Shown: positions 19,824-31,107 of the stretch, piece by piece
Layout of the letters: each line of letters begins with the position of its first letter
How positions within the stretch are numbered: position 1 is the stretch's first letter
Source of the DNA: an uncultured Tissierella sp.
GTDB lineage: Bacteria; Bacillota; Clostridia; Tissierellales; Tissierellaceae
Direction of reading: 5' to 3'
Assembly: GCA_964403265.1 (NCBI GenBank)
Contig: CAYOFC010000001.1
Span: forward strand, 1 to 46,657
Length of the DNA: 46,657 nucleotides
Program-made: the position numbers and the translations under genes
Notes under the pieces: model-generated
What the model saw: only the letters and a program-made list of their open reading frames with translations
What the model was told of the DNA's origin: nothing
Database searches by the model: none

Positions 19824-19833
19824 AGGTGAATGT

Positions 19834-21120
19834 ATGTCCTATGAAAATAGAAAACAAGAAAGACTAAAGAAAAGGAAAATTCGTAATACAATTATTATCA
19901 GTATTTTTTTCCTTATGATAGGTAGAACAGTTTATGGTTATGTTATAAAGAATCCTAAAACAATACTACCTATAGAGGAAGAGTATATTATTTCTATTGG
20001 TGCACAGTCAATAGTTATTATGGATGAAAGAGTATATGATTTGGATACTGGTATGGTAATAGACCCCAATATAGAGGAAGGCAAAAAGGTTTCCCTGGGA
20101 CTCCAAATTGGTAAATCTAATATTGTTAAAGACATATCTAGTTTGAGTGAAGAATTAGAAGAAATAAATAAAGTGATAGATTTACTAGAGGAAAAGAATC
20201 AAGAGGTGGAAGTGTTTAATGAGGATAAAGAGGGCCTAGTTTCCACTCAGGAATCCTTAATCAATGAAATTCAAATAAGAATCAATAATCGGAACTACTC
20301 TGGAGTAGGGGATTTAAAAAATCAAATCCTTTTTACTGATGAAAAACTAGGTGATGTGTCACTAGATAATACTCTACTAGGTCAAGGTTTAGATAGTTTG
20401 AAATCAAGACGAGACAATATTGTTAGTGAAATAAATAATAATAGTATTAACTATTATACACAAGAAGCAGGTGTTATATCTTTTTTAATAGATGGTTATG
20501 AGAGTATATATATCCCAAAAGAGTTTGAGAATTATATATATGATAAATTAGAAATACCCAAAACAAGCAAAAGTGACAAGCTTAAAAAAGAAGAGGACAA
20601 GATTTTAAATAAATATAAAATTATAAATAATTTTAATTGGTATTTAGCTATTAAAATTGATAATATAAAAGATATGGTTGATTATGAAGTATATGACTCA
20701 ATCAATTTAAAAATCGAAGATATAGATAGGGAATTAGTAGGCAATATAGTTGCTATTAACGAGTCAGATAATAAAGCTGTATATATTGTAAGATTTAGTT
20801 CTTATTTATATGATTATTATGATTTCAGATTTCCCACTGTGGAAATTATGTTAAATAACCAAGATGTATATCAAATCCCAACAAAGGCTATTATTGAAAA
20901 TGATGGTCAAAAAGGGGTATATATTAAGGAATTCAATGGAATAGTAAGGTTTAGACCTATTGAAATTGTTGTTGAAAAGGATAATTATACCTTTATATCA
21001 AAGGGTAACGAATCTAGGCAAATAAATCTAGAGTCAGATAATCCAGTTAAAACTATTTCGTTATATGACGAAATATTGATAAATCCTTTAAATTTTAAAG
21101 AAGGAGAAATTTTGAACTAA
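19834..21120 (+). CDS. HlyD/membrane-fusion-protein-like membrane-anchored protein (no cognate transporter adjacent)
   Basis: 428-aa ORF preceded by the SD GAGGTGA. Its layout is a basic N-terminus with one TM helix, a lipoyl-like segment, a long coiled coil (SLSEELEEINKVIDLLEEKNQEVE), and a C-terminal beta-barrel-like region. Confidence 0.6.
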   Translation: MSYENRKQERLKKRKIRNTIIISIFFLMIGRTVYGYVIKNPKTILPIEEEYIISIGAQSIVIMDERVYDLDTGMVIDPNIEEGKKVSLGLQIGKSNIVKDISSLSEELEEINKVIDLLEEKNQEVEVFNEDKEGLVSTQESLINEIQIRINNRNYSGVGDLKNQILFTDEKLGDVSLDNTLLGQGLDSLKSRRDNIVSEINNNSINYYTQEAGVISFLIDGYESIYIPKEFENYIYDKLEIPKTSKSDKLKKEEDKILNKYKIINNFNWYLAIKIDNIKDMVDYEVYDSINLKIEDIDRELVGNIVAINESDNKAVYIVRFSSYLYDYYDFRFPTVEIMLNNQDVYQIPTKAIIENDGQKGVYIKEFNGIVRFRPIEIVVEKDNYTFISKGNESRQINLESDNPVKTISLYDEILINPLNFKEGEILN

Positions 21121-21139
21121 ATAGTAGGGGGTAATTTAA

Positions 21140-21826
21140 ATTTTAAACGATAATATTGTAAAAATTAAAGAAAATGTAGAAAATGCACTTAGAAGGTCTG
21201 GTAGGGATTTAGAAGATATGACACTTATTGCTGTGACCAAGACAGTAGATGTAGAAACTATTAATAAAGCTATTGGATTAGGAATTACAGATATTGGTGA
21301 AAATAGAGTCCAGGAACTTGAAAAGAAGATTGAAGGGATTGGTGATAGTGTTAATTATCATCTTATCGGTCATTTACAAACCAATAAGGTTAGAAATATA
21401 ATAGATAAGGTAAAACTAATTCATTCATTGGATCGTATGTCTTTAGCAAAAGAATTAGACAAAAGGGCAAAGATGAGTGATTTAGTCATAGACGCTTTAA
21501 TTCAGGTGAATGTGGCCGAAGAAGAATCAAAATTTGGCTTAGAAGTAAATCAAGTATTACCTTTTATTGAAGAAGTATTAAAATTTGATAATATAAGAAT
21601 TAAAGGCTTAATGACTATTGCACCTTATACAGATGATAAAATACTTCTGAGAAATGTTTTTAGAACAATGTATAATCTGAAAGAGGAAATCACTAAAGGC
21701 AATTACGAAAATTTATCTATGGATTATTTATCCATGGGTATGACAAACGATTATGAAATGGCAATTGAGGAAGGTTCAAACATGATTCGAGTTGGTAGTG
21801 GAATATTTGGAGATAGGAATTATTAG
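21140..21826 (+). CDS. ylmE: YggS/YlmE family PLP-binding (PLP homeostasis) protein
   Basis: The first ATG (21218) sits only 7 codons before the PLP lysine (AVTK). The in-frame upstream peptide ILNDNIVKIKENVENALRRSGRDLED matches the family N-terminus. That frame opens at ATT 21140, directly after a TAA stop and 8 nt after GGGGG. Confidence 0.85.
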   Translation: MLNDNIVKIKENVENALRRSGRDLEDMTLIAVTKTVDVETINKAIGLGITDIGENRVQELEKKIEGIGDSVNYHLIGHLQTNKVRNIIDKVKLIHSLDRMSLAKELDKRAKMSDLVIDALIQVNVAEEESKFGLEVNQVLPFIEEVLKFDNIRIKGLMTIAPYTDDKILLRNVFRTMYNLKEEITKGNYENLSMDYLSMGMTNDYEMAIEEGSNMIRVGSGIFGDRNY

Positions 21827-21836
21827 GAGGGTTAAT

Positions 21837-22265
21837 ATGAGTAACTTTATGGACAAGTTTAAGTATTTTATTGGAATTGATGATTATGAAGATGAAGACG
21901 AGGAGCATTATGAAGAAGATGATTTAGAAGTTCCTATGGCAACAAAGACAAGAAAGATTAATAATAATGTTGTAAATATCCATACTAATAGTAATATGAA
22001 AATAGTGGTGCATGAACCATTGAGCTATGATGAAGCACCATTGATTGCTGATGATTTGAAGTCCAGAAAGGTGGTTGTTGTGAATTTTGAGCAACTGGAC
22101 CATGGCCTTAAAAGACAAATATTTGATTTTGTTAATGGAGCATTATATGCCCTTGATTGCAAGATTCAAAAAGTGACGAAGGACATCTTTATATTAGCAC
22201 CAAGTAATGTGGAGATTGATGGCTTAACGGAGGAGTTAAAGAACAGTGGTATCTTTCCTTGGTAA
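21837..22265 (+). CDS. sepF: cell division protein SepF
   Basis: ATG 21837 follows AGGAGGG. The protein has an acidic linker and a conserved C-terminal core (VVHEPLSYDEAPLIADDLKSRKVVVVNFEQLD...IFILAPSNVEI). Confidence 0.88.
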   Translation: MSNFMDKFKYFIGIDDYEDEDEEHYEEDDLEVPMATKTRKINNNVVNIHTNSNMKIVVHEPLSYDEAPLIADDLKSRKVVVVNFEQLDHGLKRQIFDFVNGALYALDCKIQKVTKDIFILAPSNVEIDGLTEELKNSGIFPW

Positions 22266-22289
22266 TAAATTATATAGGAGCTAGATAGG

Positions 22290-22553
22290 ATGTTATTATA
22301 CAGATCATTAATATATTTAGTAAACTTAATTGAAATATTGATACTTGTAAGAATAGTTATGAGTTTCGTTAATTTCAATGGAAATAGTGCAATTGGTCGC
22401 CTCGTATATGAATTAACGGAACCAATATTGGCCCCAGCCAGGGCTTTAATTGCTAAACTTGGAATTGATACTGGCATGTTTGACTTCTCACCAATTGTTG
22501 CCATGTTATTTTTAGGAGTTATCTTAAACTTAGCACGTAGTATTATATTTTAA
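22290..22553 (+). CDS. YggT family membrane protein (YlmG)
   Basis: 87-aa two-TM protein in the canonical position after sepF. Confidence 0.8.
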   Translation: MLLYRSLIYLVNLIEILILVRIVMSFVNFNGNSAIGRLVYELTEPILAPARALIAKLGIDTGMFDFSPIVAMLFLGVILNLARSIIF

Positions 22554-22555
22554 TA

Positions 22556-23341
22556 ATGCTAATCGACAAAGACTATTATACTTCTCATATTAAAGATGGT
22601 GAGAAGCTTATAAAAATGAGAAGGATACTAGATAAGATTGAAATTGTATTAAATCGGCATATGGAACAAAACACGGACTTCTTTGATCCCTATGAAGTTC
22701 ATTTAGCCAAGTCTATTTTAAATAGATTTGGTGATATTAATTATATAGAGTATGGAGGATATGATAAGTCTGAAAGAAAAATCATATCAGTATATCCATC
22801 TTATATGAACCTAGATAATTTGGGGGAGTCCCTTATATGTCTAAAAATAGAAGGTGATTTAGCCGCCATGTCCCACAAGGATTATCTAGGAGCATTACTT
22901 AATCTAGGTATTAAAAGGGAAAAAGTTGGAGATATTTTAGTACATAGGGACTATGCTTATATTATTGTAAAATATGAGATTGGAGATTTTATTTTATATA
23001 ATCTAGAGAAGATAGGAAGTAAAAATGTAATTATTACTAATATATCTTTTAAAGACTTGGAAATCCCGATTGTTGAATATAGGGAGATAAAAAGGTCCCT
23101 AACTTCCCTAAGAACAGACTTGGTTATTAGCGAAGCATTCAATTTATCCAGAAAAGATAGTATGGATATTATTAAAAGGGGTTTTGTAAAAGTCAACTGG
23201 GAGCCTATTGATAAAGCAGCTAAAGAAGTAAATGAGGGAGATATAGTTTCTGTTAGAGGATATGGAAGATTTGTGCTCTATAGTATCGACGGCTTAAGTA
23301 GAAAAGGTAGGATGATGGCTAACATCAGAATATTAATATAA
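22556..23341 (+). CDS. ylmH: S4-domain RNA-binding protein YlmH
   Basis: 261-aa ORF with a C-terminal S4-like segment (LRTDLVISEAFNLSRKDSMDIIKRGFVKVNWEP). It sits in the canonical position between yggT and divIVA. Confidence 0.78.
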   Translation: MLIDKDYYTSHIKDGEKLIKMRRILDKIEIVLNRHMEQNTDFFDPYEVHLAKSILNRFGDINYIEYGGYDKSERKIISVYPSYMNLDNLGESLICLKIEGDLAAMSHKDYLGALLNLGIKREKVGDILVHRDYAYIIVKYEIGDFILYNLEKIGSKNVIITNISFKDLEIPIVEYREIKRSLTSLRTDLVISEAFNLSRKDSMDIIKRGFVKVNWEPIDKAAKEVNEGDIVSVRGYGRFVLYSIDGLSRKGRMMANIRILI

Positions 23342-23355
23342 TGGAGTGATACTAG

Positions 23356-23871
23356 TTGATAACACCTGTGGAAATTCAAAAAAAAGAATTTAAAAAATCT
23401 TTGCTAGGTTATAGTCCAAAGAATGTAGATAGTTTTTTAGATGAAATCTTAAGGGACTATGAAGTAATGTATAAGGAAAATATTGAACTTAAAGATAAGA
23501 TAAATATGTTGGCTGATCAAATCCGCCAATACAACACATTGGAGGAGACTCTTAAAAACACTTTAATAGTCGCTCAAACAACTGCTGATGAGGTAACAGG
23601 CTCAGCCAGACATAAGGCAGAAAACATAATTGAAGATGCTGAAATAAGAGGACAAAAGTTAATAGAAACTGCCAAGGATGATGTTAAAAATATTCAAAAT
23701 GAATATGATAATCTTAAAAAAGAAATATTTATCTTTAAAACTAGATATCAGTCCTTTATCGAATCACAGCTACTTTCATTACATGAATTTTACGAACAAA
23801 TTGAGAATAATAAGAGAACAGAAATTGAGGAAAAAACTCCAGTGGAGGATACAGAAGATTTGGGGGCTTAA
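23356..23871 (+). CDS. divIVA: septum-site determining protein DivIVA
   Basis: TTG start. The N-terminus ITPVEIQKKEFKKSLLGYSPKNVDSFLDEI matches the DivIVA lipid-binding domain, and a coiled coil follows. Confidence 0.9.
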   Translation: MITPVEIQKKEFKKSLLGYSPKNVDSFLDEILRDYEVMYKENIELKDKINMLADQIRQYNTLEETLKNTLIVAQTTADEVTGSARHKAENIIEDAEIRGQKLIETAKDDVKNIQNEYDNLKKEIFIFKTRYQSFIESQLLSLHEFYEQIENNKRTEIEEKTPVEDTEDLGA

Positions 23872-23936
23872 TAGCCTCTGTTATTTATTGGACAAGGATC
23901 TAGATGGTCCTACGTCTTATTCAAGGAGGAAAAATT

Positions 23937-24399
23937 TTGGCATTTATTTTAACTTTAGTATTAATTATTATGGACCAGCTTAGTAAGTATGCGGCTATAA
24001 AATATCTTAAGAACCAAAAACCACTAGTAATTATAGAGAATTTTATACAATTTAATTATGTGGAAAATAGAGGTGCTGCTTTTGGAATACTACAAGGTAA
24101 AAGAGTATTGTTTCTAATAATAACTATTACTGTAGTTCTAGTTATTGGCTTATATTTAGTTAAATATTACTATCAAATGACCCCATTAACTCGTGTATCC
24201 TTTGCCATGCTAATGGCAGGTGCAATAGGTAATTTGATAGATAGGGTTAGATTGGGTTATGTAGTTGACTTTATAAGTGTTAAACTGATAAATAGATATG
24301 ACTTCCCAGTATTTAATATAGCAGATATATGTGTTGTAATCAGTACTATTTTTATAGTATATTTAGTCCTATTCGATAAACTGGAGATTGGTGATTACA

Positions 24400-24413
<14 letters not shown>
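23937..24413 (+). CDS. lspA: lipoprotein signal peptidase II
   Basis: The ORF opens at ATG 23904. TTG 23937 lies 7 nt after AGGAGG and is the preferred start. Motifs are NRGAAFG and FPVFNIADICV. Confidence 0.9.
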
Positions 24414-25856
<1,443 letters not shown>

Positions 25857-25858
25857 AC

Positions 25859-25908
25859 AAAAGCTCCAATATACAAAATCACATTTGATTAAGTATATTG
25901 GAGCTTTT
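25859..25908. terminator. bidirectional terminator between convergent pyrR and rqcH
   Basis: AAAAGCTCCAATATAC (25859-25874) pairs with GTATATTGGAGCTTTT (25893-25908). A-runs and T-runs occur on both sides. Confidence 0.85.
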
Positions 25909-25913
25909 CTTTC

Positions 25914-27692
25914 TTACTTTACTAATTTAATCTTATTTATTATCTCTTTATCTGGGGTTACAGTAATGGTTTTGAAATTATCATAGATGACCATACCAGG
26001 TTTCGAGCCTGATTGTTTTTTGACATTTCTTCTTAGGGTATAATCCACAGGGATATGGCTACTATTTTTTCCCTTGCTATAATATGCAGCCAAAATTGCT
26101 GCTTCTTCTAATGTACTATCTGGTATATCATTATTATCTTTTTTTATAATAACATGGCTGCCAGGCATATTCTGTACATGTAGCCAAATGTCATCTTTAT
26201 GAGCCGTTTTTAGAGTAAGTTGCTCATTCTGTCTATTATTTTTTCCTACAAAAATAGTGAATCCATCACTGGAAATATACTCATAAGGTGAGGATAGTTT
26301 TTCTGCCTTAGTTTTTCTTTTCTTTTTACTTTTGCTATTATCTCTCACATAGCCCTCTTTAATTAACTCCTCTTTAATCTCATCTAACTCTTCAACCTCA
26401 TAGGAATTTTCTATACTCACTAGTACATTTTCCAAGTAGATAATTTCATCTTCGGTTTCTGGAATTTGCTCTAGTAACAGATTCTCAGCAGTTTTTAATT
26501 TAGAATATCTTTTATAGTATCTTTGAGCATTTATAGCTGCTGACAATTTATAATCTAAAGGAATGTTCACTTTAGCCATATTTTCATCATAGAAATTATC
26601 TAGCTCAATATTTTTTGCACCCTTAGGAATTAGATGAAGGTTAGCAGAGACTAAATCCGCATAGATTTTATATTTTTCCCTATCTTGACTATCAAGCATT
26701 TCTTCTTTTTGCTTAGCCAGCTTTTTTATTGTCCTATCTAGCCTTCCTTGAACTATCTTTCTCATTGATTGAGATTTTTGGCTAATCCTATCAGAAACAT
26801 CCTTTCTTCTAAAAGCACTATCTAAGACTTGGGATATAGAAGGCGAAAAATCCTTATTCTTAGGGCCAAACTGATTTAGGTCCATGCAATAAAAGGCCAT
26901 TAATTCCTCAATATCATTATAGATACATAATGGATTATATTTATTTTCTCTTATCTCAGACATTATTTTTTCAAAAACATTATAGAGATCTTCTCTTTCA
27001 TCATTATTTATACTTCCTAGAGGTCTATCCATGTCTAAACTAGCTCTAAAACAGATTTCTTTACTTATTAAAGGGCTAAGGCCTGTATAATTAAAGTAGA
27101 AGAATTTATATAGATGTGTTCCTTCTTTATCTTCGTTAAATAGTCTCATAAATTCTTCCTTGGAAGTATGAAGAGGATCTTTCTTATCTTGCGCTGGTGG
27201 ATAATCATACATAAATCCTGGGAGTATAAGTCTTACTCTACTCATGTCTTCTCTAACTCTTTTAATGGAATCCATGATTTTCCCGCTAGTTTTATCTACC
27301 AAGATAATATTGCTATGCTTGCCCATTATTTCTATTATAAGTCTTTTTTCAGTTGGTAATCCTAGTTCGTCAAGTCCAGAAACATCAATAATCACAATTC
27401 TGTCCATGCTATATTGCTCTACATTAAGTACAATTCCACCGGAAAGATGTTTCCTAAGTAACATACAAAATACAGGTGGGGTATCTGGATTTTTCTTAGA
27501 AGATTTAGTTAAATAGATTCTTGGATTGTTGCTGCTTGCTGATAACAATAATCTATGATTAGTACCTTTATTATAAATTTGAATCATTATTTCATCTTTT
27601 TCTTGCTGGTAAATCTTATCTATTCTACCTCCTAATAAAGAGGATTTAAGCTCATCAACTACCGCTCTAGTTACTACACCATCAAATGACAT
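25914..27692 (-). CDS. rqcH: ribosome quality control protein RqcH (NFACT / fibronectin-binding protein A family, YloA)
   Basis: 592-aa ORF. The N-terminus MSFDGVVTRAVVDELKSSLLGGRIDKIYQ and the C-terminal DIWLHVQNMPGSHVII motif are characteristic of this family. Confidence 0.9.
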   Translation of the reverse strand: MSFDGVVTRAVVDELKSSLLGGRIDKIYQQEKDEIMIQIYNKGTNHRLLLSASSNNPRIYLTKSSKKNPDTPPVFCMLLRKHLSGGIVLNVEQYSMDRIVIIDVSGLDELGLPTEKRLIIEIMGKHSNIILVDKTSGKIMDSIKRVREDMSRVRLILPGFMYDYPPAQDKKDPLHTSKEEFMRLFNEDKEGTHLYKFFYFNYTGLSPLISKEICFRASLDMDRPLGSINNDEREDLYNVFEKIMSEIRENKYNPLCIYNDIEELMAFYCMDLNQFGPKNKDFSPSISQVLDSAFRRKDVSDRISQKSQSMRKIVQGRLDRTIKKLAKQKEEMLDSQDREKYKIYADLVSANLHLIPKGAKNIELDNFYDENMAKVNIPLDYKLSAAINAQRYYKRYSKLKTAENLLLEQIPETEDEIIYLENVLVSIENSYEVEELDEIKEELIKEGYVRDNSKSKKKRKTKAEKLSSPYEYISSDGFTIFVGKNNRQNEQLTLKTAHKDDIWLHVQNMPGSHVIIKKDNNDIPDSTLEEAAILAAYYSKGKNSSHIPVDYTLRRNVKKQSGSKPGMVIYDNFKTITVTPDKEIINKIKLVK

Positions 27693-27858
27693 ATTATAAT
27701 CCCTCCAATATTAAGAGTATACCATTTCTTAGATTAATTATAAAGAATCTTAATAATATGATATAATATATTAAGATTTCGTAATAAATGGTGGCTTAAT
27801 CTACCATTACAGCTTATAATGATAGATTAAACTAGATACATAGAAAGAGGTGGATGAG

Positions 27859-28740
27859 TTGATAAAAAGCATGACTGGTTATGGTAAAGGTGAGTATGAA
27901 AATGAACTATATAGATTCACAGTTGAGATTAAGTCAGTTAACCATAGATATAATGATATATCGGTTAAGATGCCACGTCATATATCTTATTTAGAAGATA
28001 GTGTTAAAAAGGCTATTAAAGAAAAAATTAGCAGAGGAAAAGTAGATGTATATATTAATTTAGAGTATGTAAATGAATCAGCTATAGATGTAAAGGTAGA
28101 CATTCCTTTGGCGCTTTCCTATAAAAATGCTTTAGAAGAGTTAAGAGCGGAGCTTAATATTGAAGACAGCATCAGATTAAATAATATTTTAGGTATGAAT
28201 GAGGTTGTTAAAACTGAAAGAAAGAATATAGATGAAAACCTGGTAGCAGATTGCCTAATGAAATCTCTTGCTAAAGCAATTGAGTACATCACAGAAATGA
28301 GAGGAAAAGAAGGGGAAGAGCTAAAAAAAGATATGCTAATCAAATTAGATAATATTGAAAGTTTCCTAGAAGTTATTGAAGAAAGATCCCCTTCCGTTGC
28401 TGTTGAGTATAGAGATAAATTAAGAGATAGAATTGATGAATTATTAGATAATAGTATTTCCATCGATGAGGAGCGTTTAAGTTCTGAAGTAGTTATCTTT
28501 GCTGATAAAAGTAGTATAGATGAGGAAATAGTTAGACTTAAAAGTCACATTAAACAATTTATAAGTATTTTAGAAGAAGAGGATTCAGTTGGAAGAAAGC
28601 TAGATTTTCTTATACAAGAGTTCAATAGAGAAATCAATACAATAGGTAGTAAAGCTAATGATATAATAATATCTAAAAATGTTGTTGAGTTGAAGGCTGA
28701 GTTAGAAAAAATAAGAGAGCAAGTTCAAAACATTGAATAA
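27859..28740 (+). CDS. yicC: YicC family stress-induced protein (YloC)
   Basis: The ORF opens at GTG 27850. TTG 27859 lies 8 nt after GAGG and gives the typical [10 protein letters not shown]-terminus. The C-terminus has [20 protein letters not shown]. Confidence 0.9.
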   Translation: MIKSMTGYGKGEYENELYRFTVEIKSVNHRYNDISVKMPRHISYLEDSVKKAIKEKISRGKVDVYINLEYVNESAIDVKVDIPLALSYKNALEELRAELNIEDSIRLNNILGMNEVVKTERKNIDENLVADCLMKSLAKAIEYITEMRGKEGEELKKDMLIKLDNIESFLEVIEERSPSVAVEYRDKLRDRIDELLDNSISIDEERLSSEVVIFADKSSIDEEIVRLKSHIKQFISILEEEDSVGRKLDFLIQEFNREINTIGSKANDIIISKNVVELKAELEKIREQVQNIE

Positions 28741-28754
28741 ATAGGAGGGATTGT

Positions 28755-29000
28755 ATGTCAGTAAAATTAATTAATATTGGTTTTGGGAATATGGTGTCTG
28801 CTAACAAGATTGTTGCAGTAGTAAGCCCAGAATCAGCTCCTATTAAGAGATTGATACAGGAAACTAGGGATAAGGGTTTGTTGATTGATGCTACATATGG
28901 TAGAAAGACCAGGGCAGTTATTATAACTGATAGTGACCATATTGTCTTGACAGCAGTGCAACCTGAAACTATTGCTAACCGTTTAAATACAAAAGAATAA
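28755..29000 (+). CDS. remA: DUF370 regulator RemA
   Basis: 81-aa ORF. The sequence [61 protein letters not shown] closely matches RemA/YlzA. Confidence 0.9.
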   Translation: MSVKLINIGFGNMVSANKIVAVVSPESAPIKRLIQETRDKGLLIDATYGRKTRAVIITDSDHIVLTAVQPETIANRLNTKE

Positions 29001-29028
29001 AAGAAAATATGAAAGTTGGTGGACTAAT

Positions 29029-29643
29029 TTGTCAAAGGGATTTTTATTAGTTATATCTGGACCATCTGGTTCGGGAAAAGGTACTGTAAGCAAGGAGTTA
29101 TTAAGTAGAAATGATGATATTGTATTCTCTATATCATCCACTACTAGAAAACCAAGGCCTACAGAAGTAGATGGTGTTAATTACTTCTTTTTAGAGGAAG
29201 AAGAATTTAAGAAAAAAGTTGCGGAAAATCAGTTTTTAGAACATGCATATGTTCATACTAACTATTATGGTACTCCTAGGGATTTTGTCCTAGAGGAAAT
29301 AGATAAAGGAGAGATAGTTCTTCTTGAAATAGACGTTCAAGGAGCATTACAAGTTAAGAAAAACTACAAGAATGTAGTCTTTGTATTCTTATTACCTCCT
29401 ACTATGGATGAATTAAGAAATAGAATTATAAAAAGAGGTACAGAATCAGAAGAAGATATTGAAACAAGATTTAAAAATGCCTTTGAAGAATTGGATTTTG
29501 TAGGAGAATATGATTATTTTGTTGTAAACGATAAGGTTGAAGAAGCGGTTTTGGATATTGAGCATATTATTCAAGCTGAAAAACTAAGGGTAAAACGTCA
29601 TAGTGATATAAAGAAAAGTGTAATGAATAAGGAGGAAGATTAA
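29029..29643 (+). CDS. gmk: guanylate kinase
   Basis: TTG start, P-loop GPSGSGKGT and the TTRKPRPTEVDGVNYFF motif. Confidence 0.95.
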   Translation: MSKGFLLVISGPSGSGKGTVSKELLSRNDDIVFSISSTTRKPRPTEVDGVNYFFLEEEEFKKKVAENQFLEHAYVHTNYYGTPRDFVLEEIDKGEIVLLEIDVQGALQVKKNYKNVVFVFLLPPTMDELRNRIIKRGTESEEDIETRFKNAFEELDFVGEYDYFVVNDKVEEAVLDIEHIIQAEKLRVKRHSDIKKSVMNKEED

Positions 29644-29852
29644 TGTTAAACCCATCATTTGATCATGTATTAGAAAAAGGAGATAGTAGGTATACTCTAG
29701 TAATGCTGACTGCAAAAAGAGCTCGCCAAATAGTTGAGGGTAGTGAGCCTTTAATAGAAACAGATTCACATAAGCCAGTTACAATTGCAATTGAAGAGAT
29801 TGTTGGAGAGAAGGTTAAATATAAGAACCCTGAAGTAAATAGTATTAAGTAG
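29643..29852 (+). CDS. rpoZ: DNA-directed RNA polymerase subunit omega
   Basis: 69-aa ORF with SRYTLVMLTAKRARQI. Its start overlaps the gmk stop (TAATG). Confidence 0.92.
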   Translation: MLNPSFDHVLEKGDSRYTLVMLTAKRARQIVEGSEPLIETDSHKPVTIAIEEIVGEKVKYKNPEVNSIK

Positions 29853-29860
29853 GTGATAAC

Positions 29861-31069
29861 ATGTTAAGAGGAAAAACTATTATATTGGGTGTCACAGGAG
29901 GCATTGCAGCCTATAAAGCAGCTGATTTAGTAAGTAGATTAAAGAAACAAAATGCCAATGTTGAAGTAATTATGACTGATGCTGCTATGGAATTTGTAAA
30001 TCCATTGACTTTCCAAACCATGTCCAATAACCCAGTACACACAAGTATGTTTAATAAAATAGATAAATTTGACGTAGAGCATATTGCATTGGCAAAGAAG
30101 GCAGATATGATACTAGTTGCTCCTGCAACTGCCAATACAATCGCCAAGGTTGCCCATGGACTAGCAGATAATTTACTAACTACGGTGATTATGGCATCTC
30201 ATGCAAAAATTGTTTTTGCACCTGCCATGAATACTGAGATGTATAATAATCCTATACAACAGGAAAATATGAATAAGCTAAAAAGTTTAGCTTATGAATT
30301 TATACAACCTGGAGTTGGACTACTTGCTTGTGGAGATTTCGGTACAGGAAAAATGTCAGAGCCAGCTGATATAGTTGACTATGTAATTGATTCTTTTGTA
30401 GAGAAGGATTTAATGGGTAAAAAAGTAGTTATCACAGCTGGACCAACTATTGAACCTTTAGATCCTGTTAGATATATCACCAATCATTCCAGTGGAAAAA
30501 TGGGATATCTTCTAGGTAAGGAAGCAAAGAGTAGAGGTGCTGATGTTGTTATTATTTCTGGGCCAACATCTTTAGAAGCTCCAAAGGGAGTAGAGCTAGT
30601 CAAAGTCAATACTACTGAAGAGATGTTTGCTGCTGTAGGCCAGCATTTTGAAACTTGTGATATATTGATTAAATCTGCAGCACCAGCGGATTATAGACCT
30701 GAAAATATCAGTGCTAGTAAAATAAAGAAAAAAGATAATAAAGAAGATGAACTAAATATAAAATTTGTTAGAAATCCTGATATCGCTTATTACTATGGAA
30801 ACAGAAAGAATAAGCAAGTAGTCATTGGATTTGCTGCTGAAACTGATAACTTAGTTGAATATGCAAAAAATAAACTTAAAAAGAAAAACTTTGATTTTAT
30901 AGTTGCTAATGATGTTACAAAGGAAGGTGCTGGTTTTAAATCAGATACTAATATTGCTACTATAATCCATAATGAAGGCGAGATGGAGTCTTATCCTATT
31001 ATGTCAAAAAGGGAACTGTCAAAAATTATTTTAGATAAAGCATATTTAATACTTAAGAACAAAAGCTAG
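29861..31069 (+). CDS. coaBC: bifunctional phosphopantothenoylcysteine decarboxylase / phosphopantothenate-cysteine ligase
   Basis: 402-aa ORF with an N-terminal flavoprotein domain (GVTGGIAAYKA, PAMN) and a C-terminal CoaB domain (ITAGPTIEPLDPVRYITNHSSGKMG). Confidence 0.94.
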   Translation: MLRGKTIILGVTGGIAAYKAADLVSRLKKQNANVEVIMTDAAMEFVNPLTFQTMSNNPVHTSMFNKIDKFDVEHIALAKKADMILVAPATANTIAKVAHGLADNLLTTVIMASHAKIVFAPAMNTEMYNNPIQQENMNKLKSLAYEFIQPGVGLLACGDFGTGKMSEPADIVDYVIDSFVEKDLMGKKVVITAGPTIEPLDPVRYITNHSSGKMGYLLGKEAKSRGADVVIISGPTSLEAPKGVELVKVNTTEEMFAAVGQHFETCDILIKSAAPADYRPENISASKIKKKDNKEDELNIKFVRNPDIAYYYGNRKNKQVVIGFAAETDNLVEYAKNKLKKKNFDFIVANDVTKEGAGFKSDTNIATIIHNEGEMESYPIMSKRELSKIILDKAYLILKNKS

Positions 31070-31090
31070 TATATCTAGCTTTTGTTTTCT
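31058..31090 (+). terminator. hairpin overlapping the coaBC stop (terminator or attenuator before priA)
   Basis: AACAAAAGCTAG (31058-31069) pairs with CTAGCTTTTGTT (31075-31086). TTTC follows. Confidence 0.5.
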
Positions 31091-31107
31091 AAAGGGGGTG
31101 TAGAAAA

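Noticed and set aside
23678-23983. A 101-aa plus-strand ORF overlapping the 3' end of divIVA and the 5' end of lspA.
   Set aside because: It is an out-of-frame overlap with two well-supported genes and has no independent support.
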